A DNA stretch of 64,000 nucleotides from a virus (IMGVR_UViG_3300031133_000383:346635-410634); one strand, 5' to 3'; positions 29,933 to 40,973 are shown, numbered from the stretch's first letter. Notes: generated by a model from the sequence alone, not told the origin. Numbers and translations: made by a program.

Positions 29933-31135
29933 ATGACAAACCGCCTTGAACTACTGTTAGCGAATACGCCTATTGAATCTGTTTTTGATCATTCAGATTT
30001 TAGTGTTGTTACAGAAGCTGCTAATGTAGGCGAAGTCAGTTTCAATCATTTTGATTTTTTAACTGATAAATCGTATACCGCTACTACCTTTTTCACTGGT
30101 CTTGTTCAATCTCTTTCTTTTATCTTTCCAAATTTTACGATTTCCGAAATTAAAAGTTTAAGTTCTACGGCTTACTTTTACTTTGACATTTTCCCATTTC
30201 CTCAGATTATGAATGATATGCATGCTTCTAATTTCAAAGTGCATGTACTTAATCGAAAAGATACAGTTCGTGTAAATTTCAACCTCTTTACTCTTTCGTT
30301 TCGTTTTAAAAAATGGATTTTTAGTTTTAGTGATACGTTCAAAAAAGAACAGGAAATGGAATCCATTTCTTTTGTTAATATTCATACTGCTATGCTGAGA
30401 TCTTTTAAAGAATTGATTTCAGATGTCATGATTAAGCCACCTCTATTATTTAATAATGCAATCTTCAAGAAAATTATTGAAAATAAATCTAACTTTTCCT
30501 TTAACTCCATGCGTTATGAAGATGTTTTTACACACGAAACTGATGTCAATTTTTCTAGGCATATTAAAAAAATTCAACCGTTGATGATTGTAGGCGATCT
30601 TCGCTCTATCAAGGGTGTTGCTCAACCAGCTATGTTGTATGTAAAAGGTGATATTCGCGTAACTCGTAATGTTTTGAATGTTGCTAAATCAAGTGAAACA
30701 CAAGTATATTTTCGTTATGAATCCCTTGATTTTATAGACTCGCTATTTTCAGTGACTTTTTCTTCTGAGCAACTATCTTCTTTACGAAAGATACTTAATT
30801 TGATTAACAAGATTAATATTTGTTTTGAAAAAGAAGCGTATTCAGGTATTGAAGTCATTCGTATTAACAATTCCAAAAAAGCTATTTATAATTTGATTAA
30901 AGAAAAAAATGCATTTCATATTACATTTGGTAGAACTAGTATTCATATCAATCGTTATATTGAATGCTCTATAATTATTAATAATTCATACCAATCTATC
31001 AAAGTTGAAAGTTTTGAAGAAGCTTTTAATTGTATTTATCAGGCATTCGCTGTACACGTTGCTAATTATTTTAATATTGATCAAAGCCTAGTGAATGATG
31101 ACTATATCAACTTATTGGAAATGGTTCGTCATTGA
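29933..31135 (+). CDS. Hypothetical protein with C-terminal INLLEMVRH motif
   Basis: 400-aa ORF. Confidence 0.8.
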   Translation: MTNRLELLLANTPIESVFDHSDFSVVTEAANVGEVSFNHFDFLTDKSYTATTFFTGLVQSLSFIFPNFTISEIKSLSSTAYFYFDIFPFPQIMNDMHASNFKVHVLNRKDTVRVNFNLFTLSFRFKKWIFSFSDTFKKEQEMESISFVNIHTAMLRSFKELISDVMIKPPLLFNNAIFKKIIENKSNFSFNSMRYEDVFTHETDVNFSRHIKKIQPLMIVGDLRSIKGVAQPAMLYVKGDIRVTRNVLNVAKSSETQVYFRYESLDFIDSLFSVTFSSEQLSSLRKILNLINKINICFEKEAYSGIEVIRINNSKKAIYNLIKEKNAFHITFGRTSIHINRYIECSIIINNSYQSIKVESFEEAFNCIYQAFAVHVANYFNIDQSLVNDDYINLLEMVRH

Positions 31136-31193
31136 CTTTTTTTTATAATTTTATATACTTCTTTTATTTTTATAATATTATTTCGGAGAATAT

Positions 31194-31901
31194 ATGATTA
31201 AAATTATGGAGTATATTGGCCCAGTCTTTACTGTAAATAATCCTCGATATAAACTAGTGCCTATTGAAGAAACAATACAATCTGCCTGTGTCAATGATGA
31301 CTGTATCAATTATCATCAGCCTCTTTTTGATGGTGTCTTTTGTCCTTTTTGTGGGATGAAAGGAGAGTCTTTTTCTTATACAGTTGATCGTTATTTAACA
31401 CAAGAACTTGTTCCCGAAGATGAACAATGTAATCTCTATCTCAAAGCAATAGAACTAGAATCCAGAACGCTTCGTTTTATTCCAAAATTCAAGTCTTATC
31501 AATATAGCCCAAGTTTTTCGTTAATTCATTTTGTTTCAAAAAAATGTTCAAATTATACTTGCCAAGACAACAACCACGAATATCATGATGATTATGATTT
31601 TTGTTATCAGTGTGGATCTAAACTTTCAAATAATATTGATTCTCAACAAAATACTATATTTATTGATGATATTTTAAAAGAACAGAAAAATCAAATATCC
31701 TTAATTTTATGTGATTCAATAGAACATTATGTTCTGCATAATTTGGATGAATTGATTTCAACACCGTTATTTGATCAGTTTATTATTGATTTCATGAACA
31801 GAAAAGAATACAAATCAATTATTAAAGAACTTGAATATATTTATGGTACAGGTACAGTTGTTGTTGAAAATAGACATATAACTTATCGACCAGATATTTA
31901 A
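31194..31901 (+). CDS. Double zinc-ribbon protein
   Basis: C-x4-C...CPFCG and C-x4-C...CYQCG. Confidence 0.75.
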   Translation: MIKIMEYIGPVFTVNNPRYKLVPIEETIQSACVNDDCINYHQPLFDGVFCPFCGMKGESFSYTVDRYLTQELVPEDEQCNLYLKAIELESRTLRFIPKFKSYQYSPSFSLIHFVSKKCSNYTCQDNNHEYHDDYDFCYQCGSKLSNNIDSQQNTIFIDDILKEQKNQISLILCDSIEHYVLHNLDELISTPLFDQFIIDFMNRKEYKSIIKELEYIYGTGTVVVENRHITYRPDI

Positions 31902-32073
31902 GAATTCTCTGTTATTTATGAATACATATTGAATTTTTAAGAGGATGGGAAAAATATCTTGACCTTTAGTAAAAATCTTGATATTATTATAGGTATTAAA
32001 GCCTACAGCAGGTTTCCTATGGAGTATGCTAAGTGTTTAATGCATACAACTAACTGTTACTGCTGTTTATTTT

Positions 32074-32147
32074 GCGGAATTGGTCTAGTGGTTGGGCCGT
32101 AGCCTTCCAAGCTACAGAGACGAGTTCGATCCTCGTATTCCGCTCCA
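32074..32147 (+). tRNA. tRNA-Gly(TCC)
   Basis: GCGGAAT/ATTCCGC, CT-TCC-AA, U73, CCA. Confidence 0.95.
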
Positions 32148-32304
32148 AATTTCAACAATGTGGTGGTAAAACAGCCCTATCTAAAAAAAATAAATATCCG
32201 ATGAATAATTAAAGCCTCTAAAAGAGGCTTTTTTATTGTCTTTAGTCTTCTTCTATTATATATTATATGTTAATATTATCATCTATTTTCATAGGCATTT
32301 AAAA

Positions 32305-33324
32305 ATGGCAACAACATTCTTTCACTTTTTATTTTACTTTTTATTTCCAGAATATGTAAAATTCAACAAGATTAAATACAAAGTACGTCGAAAATTTACA
32401 TTTACAAAGGTTATTTATTATGCAAAATTTGATAATTATTTTTTGAAAATTTCATATTCATATGTAGATGTTATTAAATCTATTTTTTTCAAAAAAGATT
32501 TTGAAAATTTAAATTTTTGTCTTTGGTATAAAGATATTTGCATTACACGAGTTAATTTGAAACATACTTATACAAGTATCTTTGTTAATAATTATGATAT
32601 TATTTTTTACTCTATACAATATTTAAATGATTTTATTAGTTGTTTAGAGCAAAATGTAACATCTGATAACTTATTGGAAATTTGTAATCAATTAATCGAT
32701 ATTCCTTCACCTGAGTTTATTATGTTTACATTTTACTATCAAAACTCTTATTCAATACGGTTTCCAAGTTATTCTAATGTCCCATTTTTCGGTTCAGTTT
32801 CAGACACTGAATCTTTTCATGATTTATGTGTTCTTATTTATGATAAATTTATTTATTTTAATAACTTTGAATCATTAAATAATAAAGATACCGTAGTAAA
32901 AGCTATGAAAGTATATCAAACATTGCAGACAATTTATTCTAAATACTCCATATCTGTCAATCGTTTTTCTAGACCTGAGAGTGGTCTTGTATTTCTAACA
33001 TGTATCAGTTATGGTTCAACAGATGTATCTACAAATGATTTTTTAATTTTAGATTTAGATAACAAAACAGGTATTCTGTTTATCAATTTTTGGAGCGATA
33101 GCTACCTCTTTAATGTTGGTTTTACTTCCTCATCTTTACCTGAATTAGTTCGTCTTGTTATGCAGTATCATGCTGGCGTTTATTTGATGATAAATAAATC
33201 ACCTATTATTGAGAATAGTGAAAAGCCTTATTTTTATAGTAATTTTAATAGTGAGTTCGATTATAAATTTGATAAGATGGATGACTCAATGTTAGATATA
33301 ATTCAAATGATGCATTTAAAATGA
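32305..33324 (+). CDS. Hypothetical protein with C-terminal LDIIQMMHLK motif
   Basis: Start moved to MATTFF. Confidence 0.7.
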   Translation: MATTFFHFLFYFLFPEYVKFNKIKYKVRRKFTFTKVIYYAKFDNYFLKISYSYVDVIKSIFFKKDFENLNFCLWYKDICITRVNLKHTYTSIFVNNYDIIFYSIQYLNDFISCLEQNVTSDNLLEICNQLIDIPSPEFIMFTFYYQNSYSIRFPSYSNVPFFGSVSDTESFHDLCVLIYDKFIYFNNFESLNNKDTVVKAMKVYQTLQTIYSKYSISVNRFSRPESGLVFLTCISYGSTDVSTNDFLILDLDNKTGILFINFWSDSYLFNVGFTSSSLPELVRLVMQYHAGVYLMINKSPIIENSEKPYFYSNFNSEFDYKFDKMDDSMLDIIQMMHLK

Positions 33325-33395
33325 AATTTTCAAATTTTTAACAAGTCTTTCTTAATATGTTGACTTTAGTTAATATCTACTGTATTATTGCGTCT

Positions 33396-33491
33396 TATTG
33401 GATTGAGATGACGCTGAAATCGCCTCACAGAAAGGGCAGATCATCTTGTGGTATAGCGGCGATTGAATGGGTTCGAGGCCCATGTCCGATA
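33396..33491 (+). ncRNA. tRNA-like small RNA (acceptor stem + T-arm, atypical D/anticodon region)
   Basis: TATTGGAT/GTCCGATA, ATGGG-TTCGAGG-CCCAT, AATCGCC/GGCGATT; TTGACT-17-TATTAT promoter. Confidence 0.55.
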
Positions 33492-33628
33492 CTGAATTGA
33501 ATGATTTAGACATTTGGTTTAAATCGTAATTATATAGAAGCATAAACAAAAAAAATAAGCACCACATACTTTTTATTAGGAAAATGGTGCTGTATTTTAA
33601 ACTATAATTTTTTAATCTTGGAAAATAT

Positions 33629-34276
33629 ATGATTATAGAAAATGATGTCGTAAATTATATAGATTCTTACTTTAAAAAAAAGTTTAAAAATGTCAAATTG
33701 TATAATCCTACCGTCACTTTATTTTCATCGTTACAAAATCAGGACGCACCTCATCGGTCTTATTCAGCTAAAATGACTATCGATGATAAACCTATAAATT
33801 TCTTAGTCTATTATACTTTAAAAGATAATGAAGAAGGTGTTTTGTATCTAAACTCTATTAAAGTTAGTTTTATTAAGCAAGATATTAATCTTGTACTAAG
33901 TTTTATTCGCTCTATGGGACAATTAAAAAACTCTTCTGTTTTGGAAGATGTTAATACTTATCTCCTTAATATCTATAATTCAAATCTTCCACAAAAAATC
34001 AATATCAACTTTCTTCAAAATTTTCATTTAAATAATATTCTTGTTCATAATGAAATCCGCATATACGACCTAAAAGATAACTTATCAGAAAATGAACATT
34101 CTGATTTTTTGATTGCTACTCATATTGGTCGTAAAAGTTCCATTTTAACTGATTTATCTTTGCCAGCTTTACCAAAATACGGTTCTGCAAATGTAGATGA
34201 AATCAGAAGCTTCCTTGATGCCTACCAGATTATAAAAAACGAAATTTTTGAATTGTTTAAGATCAACAGTTATTAG
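33629..34276 (+). CDS. Hypothetical protein (variant C-terminal FELFKINSY)
   Basis: ORF track; ends TAG. Confidence 0.75.
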   Translation: MIIENDVVNYIDSYFKKKFKNVKLYNPTVTLFSSLQNQDAPHRSYSAKMTIDDKPINFLVYYTLKDNEEGVLYLNSIKVSFIKQDINLVLSFIRSMGQLKNSSVLEDVNTYLLNIYNSNLPQKININFLQNFHLNNILVHNEIRIYDLKDNLSENEHSDFLIATHIGRKSSILTDLSLPALPKYGSANVDEIRSFLDAYQIIKNEIFELFKINSY

Positions 34277-34503
34277 TTTATTCATATGCTATTGAAATTA
34301 TCCATTTAAGAACACCGAAAAGATTGTTGTCTTTTTCTATATTTTTTGGTATAATTACTTCCTATTCAAAGAGGAATGACCATTATGAACAAGATTATTT
34401 CTGCTATTGTTTTTGCACTGGCTTTTTCATCTTTCAATGCTAATGCAATGATTGATGTTTCGGACAAAAAATAAACCGTCACCTAATTCAAGAGGCACTA
34501 CTA

Positions 34504-34977
34504 ATGTCAAAATCTATTCAGACAGCATCCACTATTGCTGATATGACTTATGAACAGAAAATTGAATATTTCTTATTTGATGATGGTTCTGTTTCCGGTC
34601 TGCGTTACAAAGAGCGTAGTAAATTTTGGAGAAGCATGGGGTTGTGGGAGGGTGGTTATTTTCCTGAACTGCATCAGGTTGCCTTGAAACTCATGATGTA
34701 TAAGGGTAATAAAGACAACCTTGATCAGACTATTAACTCGATCTCTGATATTTTACCTTTTCTGAAAGAATATCAAGGCATCAAACAGTTGGGTGTTTTT
34801 GAGCACACTCTTTCTGAAAATGGTCGATTCATTGTCGAGATTTCGGCATCGTCATATGAATTGGTTCTTTATCGCTATCATCGTCGCAGCGTTATAAAAG
34901 CATTTGATGACTTGCGTTCTTTGGTTGAATATGTTCAAGAATATCATTACTATGAAAATTCTATGATTGCAGAATGA
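34504..34977 (+). CDS. Hypothetical protein
   Basis: GAGG RBS. Confidence 0.8.
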   Translation: MSKSIQTASTIADMTYEQKIEYFLFDDGSVSGLRYKERSKFWRSMGLWEGGYFPELHQVALKLMMYKGNKDNLDQTINSISDILPFLKEYQGIKQLGVFEHTLSENGRFIVEISASSYELVLYRYHRRSVIKAFDDLRSLVEYVQEYHYYENSMIAE

Positions 34978-35124
34978 TTTAACAGTGCAAAAAACTGTTG
35001 ACGTGTAGATGTTTTTTTGATACTATAGCTTTATTGAAACAGCGAAACAACCAGCTAAAAAGTTTTGAAAAAGATGTTGCTAAGGTTTGTGTTTTGTGTT
35101 AGAATGACAGCATGAAATGAATAC

Positions 35125-35254
35125 GGAGCCTGTCAGCGAACAGGTTGGGTGGTAGCGGTGTCGCGGGCAAGCCATCACAGTGAAAGTTACATTGATGCAG
35201 GGGTTGCATTGATTAAAACGATTGGGCGAATCGGTTTCTTTCACAACTTAATTT
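35125..35254 (+). ncRNA. Structured RNA family B, copy 1
   Basis: GGAGCC...TGATTAAAACG...AACTTAATTT; covarying hairpins vs other copies. Confidence 0.8.
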
Positions 35255-35298
35255 GATAATAGGTAGTAGTTGTTGTACTGTCTAGTTTGAAGAGATAT

Positions 35299-35428
35299 GG
35301 AGCCTGTCTACAAGCAGGTTGGGTGGTAGCGGTGTCGCGGGCGAACCATCGACGTGAAAGATTCATTGATGCGGGGAAGGCATTGATTAAAACGGTTAGG
35401 TGGACCGGCTTCTTTCACAACCTAATTT
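35299..35428 (+). ncRNA. Structured RNA family B, copy 2
   Basis: Tandem homolog ending 2 nt before tRNA-Cys. Confidence 0.8.
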
Positions 35429-35430
35429 AT

Positions 35431-35504
35431 GGCTGCTTGGCAGAATGGTCATGCACCGGATTGCAAATCCGAGTATGGGGGTTCGATTCCCTCAGCAGCC
35501 TCCA
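35431..35504 (+). tRNA. tRNA-Cys(GCA)
   Basis: GGCTGCT/AGCAGCC, TT-GCA-AA, U73, CCA. Confidence 0.95.
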
Positions 35505-35647
35505 ACACAAAAGACTTCTTCGGAAGTCTTTTTTTTATTTCAATATATACACAGTATGAATACATATAATTTAATAAATGTTCATTTGTAATTGTATATT
35601 GTCATTCTCATGATTCTTTGCTATAATAGCCTTAGCTTATCAATGGT

Positions 35648-36178
35648 TTGAGGGATTCCATGGACTTTACAAATATCGACAAAATTGATCATCAGTTCAT
35701 TCAGGCCCATGAACTTAAATCTGCCGATCTTCTAAAATACCTTTTTGGAGAGCTTACAGAAATTTCTCTCTATTATCCTGATTTTTATGCATGGCTGACC
35801 AACACAGTTATGCCCGGTTTGATTTCAGGAGAACGTAGCATTATTCTTGAGCATCGTCATGGCGAATTGGCAGGGGTTGCGATCTTGAAGGATAGTGTTG
35901 ATGAGCAAAAGTTATGTTGTCTGCGAGTCATTCCTAAATTTCAGGGTATAGGCATTGGCTTGAAACTGTTTGAGAGATCTTTTAATGAGCTTGACACTGA
36001 TAAACCTCTTTTATCTATTGCAGAGGAAAACACTCATAAATTTAAAAAGATTTTAGCTTATTATGGATTTCAACTGGAAGAAGAGTATTCTGATCTTTAT
36101 CGCCTGAATAAGACTGAATTTAGTTTCAATGGCGTCTTGCTTGTTCCTAAAGAAAAAAAATGGAATATTGATCAATGA
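35648..36178 (+). CDS. GNAT acetyltransferase
   Basis: KLCCLRVIPKFQGIGIGLKL. Confidence 0.85.
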   Translation: MRDSMDFTNIDKIDHQFIQAHELKSADLLKYLFGELTEISLYYPDFYAWLTNTVMPGLISGERSIILEHRHGELAGVAILKDSVDEQKLCCLRVIPKFQGIGIGLKLFERSFNELDTDKPLLSIAEENTHKFKKILAYYGFQLEEEYSDLYRLNKTEFSFNGVLLVPKEKKWNIDQ

Positions 36179-36236
36179 CTTGCTTAATTCGTGGTTTTTT
36201 GATAATATAAGACTATCACTACAGAAGGTAATCAGA

Positions 36237-36416
36237 ATGAACAGTCTCTTTAAGCTTTCTCATAACAAACAATTCAAAACTGCGATGAATAAAACTTTTG
36301 AACAGTTTCAAAATATGACAACTGAAGAATTTTTTGCATTAGCTAGGAAACATTCTCCTGATTCTTCTTCAAGAGATGCGTCATCAATTTCAAAATCAGA
36401 CATAGTTATTCAATAA
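36237..36416 (+). CDS. Small hypothetical protein
   Basis: AAGGT RBS before MNSLFK. Confidence 0.55.
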   Translation: MNSLFKLSHNKQFKTAMNKTFEQFQNMTTEEFFALARKHSPDSSSRDASSISKSDIVIQ

Positions 36417-36781
36417 TTGCACTTTCTTTTTTTTGTCAATTGATGGCTCCAATCAATCAACTCAGCTATTTCTTGCTTAGGAAAATCGTAATCCAATAAC
36501 ACTGTAATCCAGTGTTTTTTATTCATATGATACGCAGGCAATATATAAGGCTGAATTCTTAATATGCTATTGAATTCAGGATTGCCCTTTAGATTGATAA
36601 TATCTACATCACCTTCTTCATTTATTCCTAATTTTCGCTTTTCTATTGTCATTATTAAACCATACCATTTTCCGTCACTATTTCTTAAGACGGCACAAGA
36701 AGGATGTTTCAAAAATAAATATTCAGGTTCTGTATTGTATTTTTCTTTTACATATTTAAAAATTTCTTGTCTGCTTATCAT
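36410..36781 (-). CDS. MmcQ/YjbR family DNA-binding protein
   Basis: YVKEKY..PEYLF, KWYG, NLK..P, PAYHMNKKHWITV. Confidence 0.9.
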   Translation of the reverse strand: MISRQEIFKYVKEKYNTEPEYLFLKHPSCAVLRNSDGKWYGLIMTIEKRKLGINEEGDVDIINLKGNPEFNSILRIQPYILPAYHMNKKHWITVLLDYDFPKQEIAELIDWSHQLTKKRKCNY

Positions 36782-37291
36782 TAAACACCCCTTGTCAATT
36801 AAATAATTTTTTCTTTTCCTGTTGCACGTTACTCTATATTTGCCCATTGTCTGTACAATTATTGAATTGGACAAAATACTCATTTAGTAGAAGACTATCA
36901 TTATTATCTGATAATTCAACACACTCTTAAACATATGAAACTATGTATTTTAGATTACCATTTTTTAATGATAATAAAATTATTGAAATTTGAAAGACAA
37001 TATTCAAGCATAGTATTTCAAAATATATCTTTACACCCAAGCTTATTTTTGCTATAATATGCTTCAAGCTAAACCTTATGAGATATTATTTTATGTTTTA
37101 CCAAAATCGTTATCTTCAAAATTTTTCGTAAGATGAAAAAGTTTTTTTGACTTTATTGATTGATTTTTAGAATCTTTTAATGGTGAGATTATGTCGGTTC
37201 ACTTGAGCAATGTCGAAAAACACAGATTTACACAGCCTTAGCAGAAATTGACTTCAAAATAATTAATCATCAACTTAAATAAAGGTAGCTT

Positions 37292-37627
37292 ATGAATATT
37301 TCCAAAGAATTTATTGACAATCTTAATGTACTCAAAAATGAGAAAACTTCAACAGAAGAAATGATTTTTGATCTGGCTATCAAATATACAGATATTAGTT
37401 CGCAAATCAATAAAAGCACTACTCAAAAACCTTATCTTGAATATTTCAAGATGCATAAAGATTTTATAAATTTCATGAATTCAGCTATTGAAAAAATTGA
37501 TAGCTCACAGTCTAAATTAACTTGTATCAAAATTAAATTGTCAATTGTTGAAATTCATGACAGTATTAAAAAAGAATATCATCGAAAAAATAATTTTATC
37601 CAAAATCTTGCTCTTCGATTTCTCTAA
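37292..37627 (+). CDS. Hypothetical protein
   Basis: AAGGT RBS. Confidence 0.7.
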   Translation: MNISKEFIDNLNVLKNEKTSTEEMIFDLAIKYTDISSQINKSTTQKPYLEYFKMHKDFINFMNSAIEKIDSSQSKLTCIKIKLSIVEIHDSIKKEYHRKNNFIQNLALRFL

Positions 37628-37908
37628 TACTTTCAATTGATGTAGATATCTTAATCGATAACTCTGTTATTTATAGCGGAGTTGTTTACAGACAGTACAT
37701 TGCAATAACTTTATAATTAGCCAGTAGACTTTCTCTTTTCGCTTCAATTCCTAGTTCTTCAAATTCCTTTTCATTTTGAATAACGTTACCAGATTTCCTA
37801 TGATAATAAAACTCAGACATGACTTGATGGAATTGTACTATTATTAGCTTTTAATTATCCTTTTCGTATGGTATAATAGCTTCACTAATCACATATTGAG
37901 AAACTATC

Positions 37909-38217
37909 ATGTACACGCCTACACTTGAAGAAATCCAACGAATGGAAAAATTTGTAGAAGAAATGACATATTATTTCAAAGATACCTTTTGTCAATATTC
38001 TCGTTCTCTGGTTCGCAATGTGGTCTATATTGACTCATGGGCAGATTACGAAGAGTGTGGTGGGGTGGCTATCTATCAAGATTGGAATGGCTATTTTTAT
38101 TCCGTCGATTTTGGTCATTGTGTTATGGGTGATAACAAAATTTATACGGCCCAACAAATTACAGAAGATCAAGCGATTGAAAGCATGATCGAAATGGATG
38201 AAATGTTGGCTTCCTGA
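37909..38217 (+). CDS. Hypothetical protein
   Basis: TGGTATAAT promoter. Confidence 0.75.
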   Translation: MYTPTLEEIQRMEKFVEEMTYYFKDTFCQYSRSLVRNVVYIDSWADYEECGGVAIYQDWNGYFYSVDFGHCVMGDNKIYTAQQITEDQAIESMIEMDEMLAS

Positions 38218-38525
38218 TACACTTTTTCTTTCGGAGATTTTTTATGCTAAATTCTAAACAAGGCATTTTGACAGAATCAGGATTTTATTTCATGTTAAAA
38301 TTGAGTGTGCAATTAATGATTCTGTTGGCCATGACGAGACCCTTTCAGTGTTCATTAAATCTAATAAAGAGAATATGGTTGCCATTGTGACTCAACATAT
38401 CAATGGTCAGGTTGATCAAACCATTCTCCGGGGGAAAAATTCGTTAAAGGCACTTAAAAATTTTCTTTAAAAAAGCTTTGACATAAGTAAGAGATTTTGA
38501 TATACTTATCTCATTGAAGCAGACA

Positions 38526-38740
38526 AGGGGTTGAGCATCAAAGGCTCAATGATAATCCAGCGAGGTCGGGGCGTGGATTAGGTGCCAATGATGGCACAAG
38601 GTTGATTGAGGTTTGATGAGAGTCAAGCCTATGTAGAAATGGCGAAAGCCAGTTCAGTAGCGAGTACTTCAAAGCTATTATGGTTTTCAAGGAAAGTGGG
38701 TCACTCAGGTACTCCCAACTTACTCGCCAGCCCTGATTTA
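38526..38740 (+). ncRNA. Structured RNA family C, copy 1 (~215 nt)
   Basis: Homologous to 41718-41929 with compensatory changes; between promoter and tRNA-Pro. Confidence 0.8.
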
Positions 38741-38741
38741 A

Positions 38742-38819
38742 CGGAGTGTAGGTTAGTCTGGTTATACCGCTTGCTTTGGGAGCAAGATGTCGCAGGTTCA
38801 AATCCTGCCACTCCGACCA
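38742..38819 (+). tRNA. tRNA-Pro(TGG)
   Basis: CGGAGTG/CACTCCG, TT-TGG-GA, CCA. Confidence 0.95.
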
Positions 38820-38832
38820 ATTTTTGTTTTGT

Positions 38833-38911
38833 AGCGAAGTAGAGAAGTCTGGCTGTTCTCGCTAGCCTCATAAGCTAGAGATCGGGGGTTCAAATCCCTC
38901 CTTCGCATCCA
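38833..38911 (+). tRNA. tRNA-Met(CAT), 1:72 mismatch
   Basis: AGCGAAG/CTTCGCA, CT-CAT-AA, CCA. Confidence 0.9.
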
Positions 38912-39002
38912 ATTGAAAAGCTAACAGCAATGTTAGCTTTTTTTTATTCTCTTTTTTGACATAGCTAAATTTTCGTATAAAATTACAGCAGTCTATAAGG
39001 AA

Positions 39003-39497
39003 ATGTTGATGATCGAGAGGAAAGAAAACCTTACTTCACTTTTTAAATTACTTTTGTTCTTTTTTGGTTTTGCGATGTTAATTGTATCGCTATTGACCAG
39101 CTATAACTATTTACGACATATTCCACAAGATATAGGCGAATATACATATACAAATAATACATTATTTTTTAAATTAGAACCCAAAAAGTTATTCTTTATT
39201 ACACTGCCTGAATCCTTGACTGAATATGAACTCATTTTGCCGAAAGATGCTAAATTTAATACCAATGATAAACTTTCTATTGTATTCTTAAGAGGTGTAA
39301 AACCACCTCCAGAAGATTTAAAAGCAAATGCAATGTATATACGGTATCATGTTAAACCTATAGAAATCAATCCTATAAAAGAAATTAACCTTTTTGTTAA
39401 TGACACATTACAATATGATTTAAAAGATAAACTGGTCTTAAAGATAATTGATAAAGATCCTAAAACAGGTGAGGTTTCTATCTCTGTTTTCGAGTGA
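39003..39497 (+). CDS. Membrane-anchored hypothetical protein
   Basis: N-terminal TM. Confidence 0.75.
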   Translation: MLMIERKENLTSLFKLLLFFFGFAMLIVSLLTSYNYLRHIPQDIGEYTYTNNTLFFKLEPKKLFFITLPESLTEYELILPKDAKFNTNDKLSIVFLRGVKPPPEDLKANAMYIRYHVKPIEINPIKEINLFVNDTLQYDLKDKLVLKIIDKDPKTGEVSISVFE

Positions 39498-39585
39498 TTT
39501 CACTCTTTTTAATTATTTTTGCATTAAAGGACCTTCTATGTTATACTTAAATCCTTAATTAAAGCCTCTATTTGGAGAATATAGA

Positions 39586-39975
39586 ATGAATGAAAACCAA
39601 GAAAATGAGATAATTTCCGCAGAAGAATGTACGATTAACTTTGTATTTAAAGAAGAACGCATTCGTGGAACTAAGAAGTTTAAATGTGTAGTGGTTGCAG
39701 AAGATGCCGATGCACCTGATCAGGAGATTTCAGACCGTATTGAAGCTTCTAGTTGGGCAGTTATGAAACAAACCTATCCTACTTTAAAGGATTTGGTTGA
39801 GCATATGTTTTGGTCTGAAAACTGGCAGGTTTGTGGTCATGGGCATGATGAACGTTATCTTATTCTGACAGGATGCTCTGGTCATGAGGGTATTTATGAC
39901 TATGTAGAAGGTGATGACATTCGGGTTCTTTGGTCAGATATCAAAGAAAATGATATTGTTTACCCAAAAGAGTAG
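39586..39975 (+). CDS. Hypothetical protein
   Basis: GGAG RBS; ends TAG. Confidence 0.8.
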   Translation: MNENQENEIISAEECTINFVFKEERIRGTKKFKCVVVAEDADAPDQEISDRIEASSWAVMKQTYPTLKDLVEHMFWSENWQVCGHGHDERYLILTGCSGHEGIYDYVEGDDIRVLWSDIKENDIVYPKE

Positions 39976-40029
39976 AATTTTTTTTGTGGTTTTGATATAC
40001 TTCAACAAATCTCAAATAGGAGTCATCTA

Positions 40030-40452
40030 ATGACTGTTAGTACGCAAGAAGAAATTAATGTATTGATGGCTGAATGTTCGAAACTTGAATCTCAGTTGCG
40101 GGCGAAGCGTGAAGCCCTTGAAATGGCTGTCATAAGCAAATTGACTGCCGATGGCAAGCAGCATCCGTTGTCTTCATTTTTGGGAAAGGTTGCCACCTAT
40201 GACCGTCCTCATAAATGGCAAGACCCTAGTTCGTCTGTATTGACCGAAGATGATTTGAAGAATTACAGCTATCTCAGTTTTAATGGCATTGTAACAGGTG
40301 CTCAGGTTAACTCCTTGTATCATGAGCCTCGATATGACGATAATGACACCTTTTATAGTTTTGCCATTGCAGAAGAATGGTCAGAAATTCCGAAGGGTCA
40401 TTACATTCCGATTGAAGAAGTGTATGAGATGTTGATTTTTAAAATACAATAA
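40030..40452 (+). CDS. Hypothetical protein
   Basis: AGGAG RBS. Confidence 0.8.
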   Translation: MTVSTQEEINVLMAECSKLESQLRAKREALEMAVISKLTADGKQHPLSSFLGKVATYDRPHKWQDPSSSVLTEDDLKNYSYLSFNGIVTGAQVNSLYHEPRYDDNDTFYSFAIAEEWSEIPKGHYIPIEEVYEMLIFKIQ

Positions 40453-40644
40453 ATAGCAGATAAGAGAATATCAAATACTGCGAATTGGTTTGATGGTGTG
40501 TTCTAAATAAAAGCTGAAGAAGCTTTATCTTATCAATGTTTAATTAGTCATTTTTAAATCAATAAATAAAACTTTATGTATGTCATTTATTGATTTTTTT
40601 GTAATTTATGTTATATTCTATACAACAAATAAAGAGGATATTCT

Positions 40645-40959
40645 ATGTCTAATGTTTCCCAAGCCACTTCCAACTTCCAGCAAAAATTCAGTCCAGAAGC
40701 TGCAAAAGGACTTGATGTTGTTTTTCAATTTAATATCAGTGATGCTGATAATTTTTACCTTGTTATAAAAGATAGTATCTGTACCCTTGTAGAAGGTGAT
40801 AATGAAGATGCAAATGTTGTCTTGGTGGCAGATTCTCAAACATTGCTAGATTTATCTGATGGTAGTCTTGATGGCATGCAAGCTTTTATGGCGGGTAAAC
40901 TTCGTATCGAAGGGGATATGATGTTGTCAATGAAACTTCATGAACTTTTCCCTGTTTAA
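40645..40959 (+). CDS. SCP2 sterol/lipid-binding domain protein
   Basis: F.PEAAKGLDVVFQF...LDGMQAFMAGKLRIEGDMML. Confidence 0.9.
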   Translation: MSNVSQATSNFQQKFSPEAAKGLDVVFQFNISDADNFYLVIKDSICTLVEGDNEDANVVLVADSQTLLDLSDGSLDGMQAFMAGKLRIEGDMMLSMKLHELFPV

Positions 40960-40973
40960 AGGAGTTTCTTGCC

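Noticed and set aside
35125-35254. Group II intron domain V or hammerhead identity for family B
   Set aside because: GAGCC is not followed by a 34-nt D5 hairpin; no CUGANGA core
38526-38740. RNase P RNA, tmRNA or group I intron identity for family C
   Set aside because: Lacks GAGGAAAGUCC/CGGCUUA P4, a tmRNA acceptor and tag, and recognisable group I P7 elements
38538-38842. ORFs over family C RNA and tRNA-Pro (also 20271, 29096, 29139, 35287, 35400)
   Set aside because: They overlap RNA genes, and the frames are not kept between RNA copies
39586-40452. Amber readthrough fusing 39586 with 40030 (in frame, no further stop)
   Set aside because: The 54-nt gap contains its own -10 box and AGGAG RBS, so in-frame spacing is probably chance
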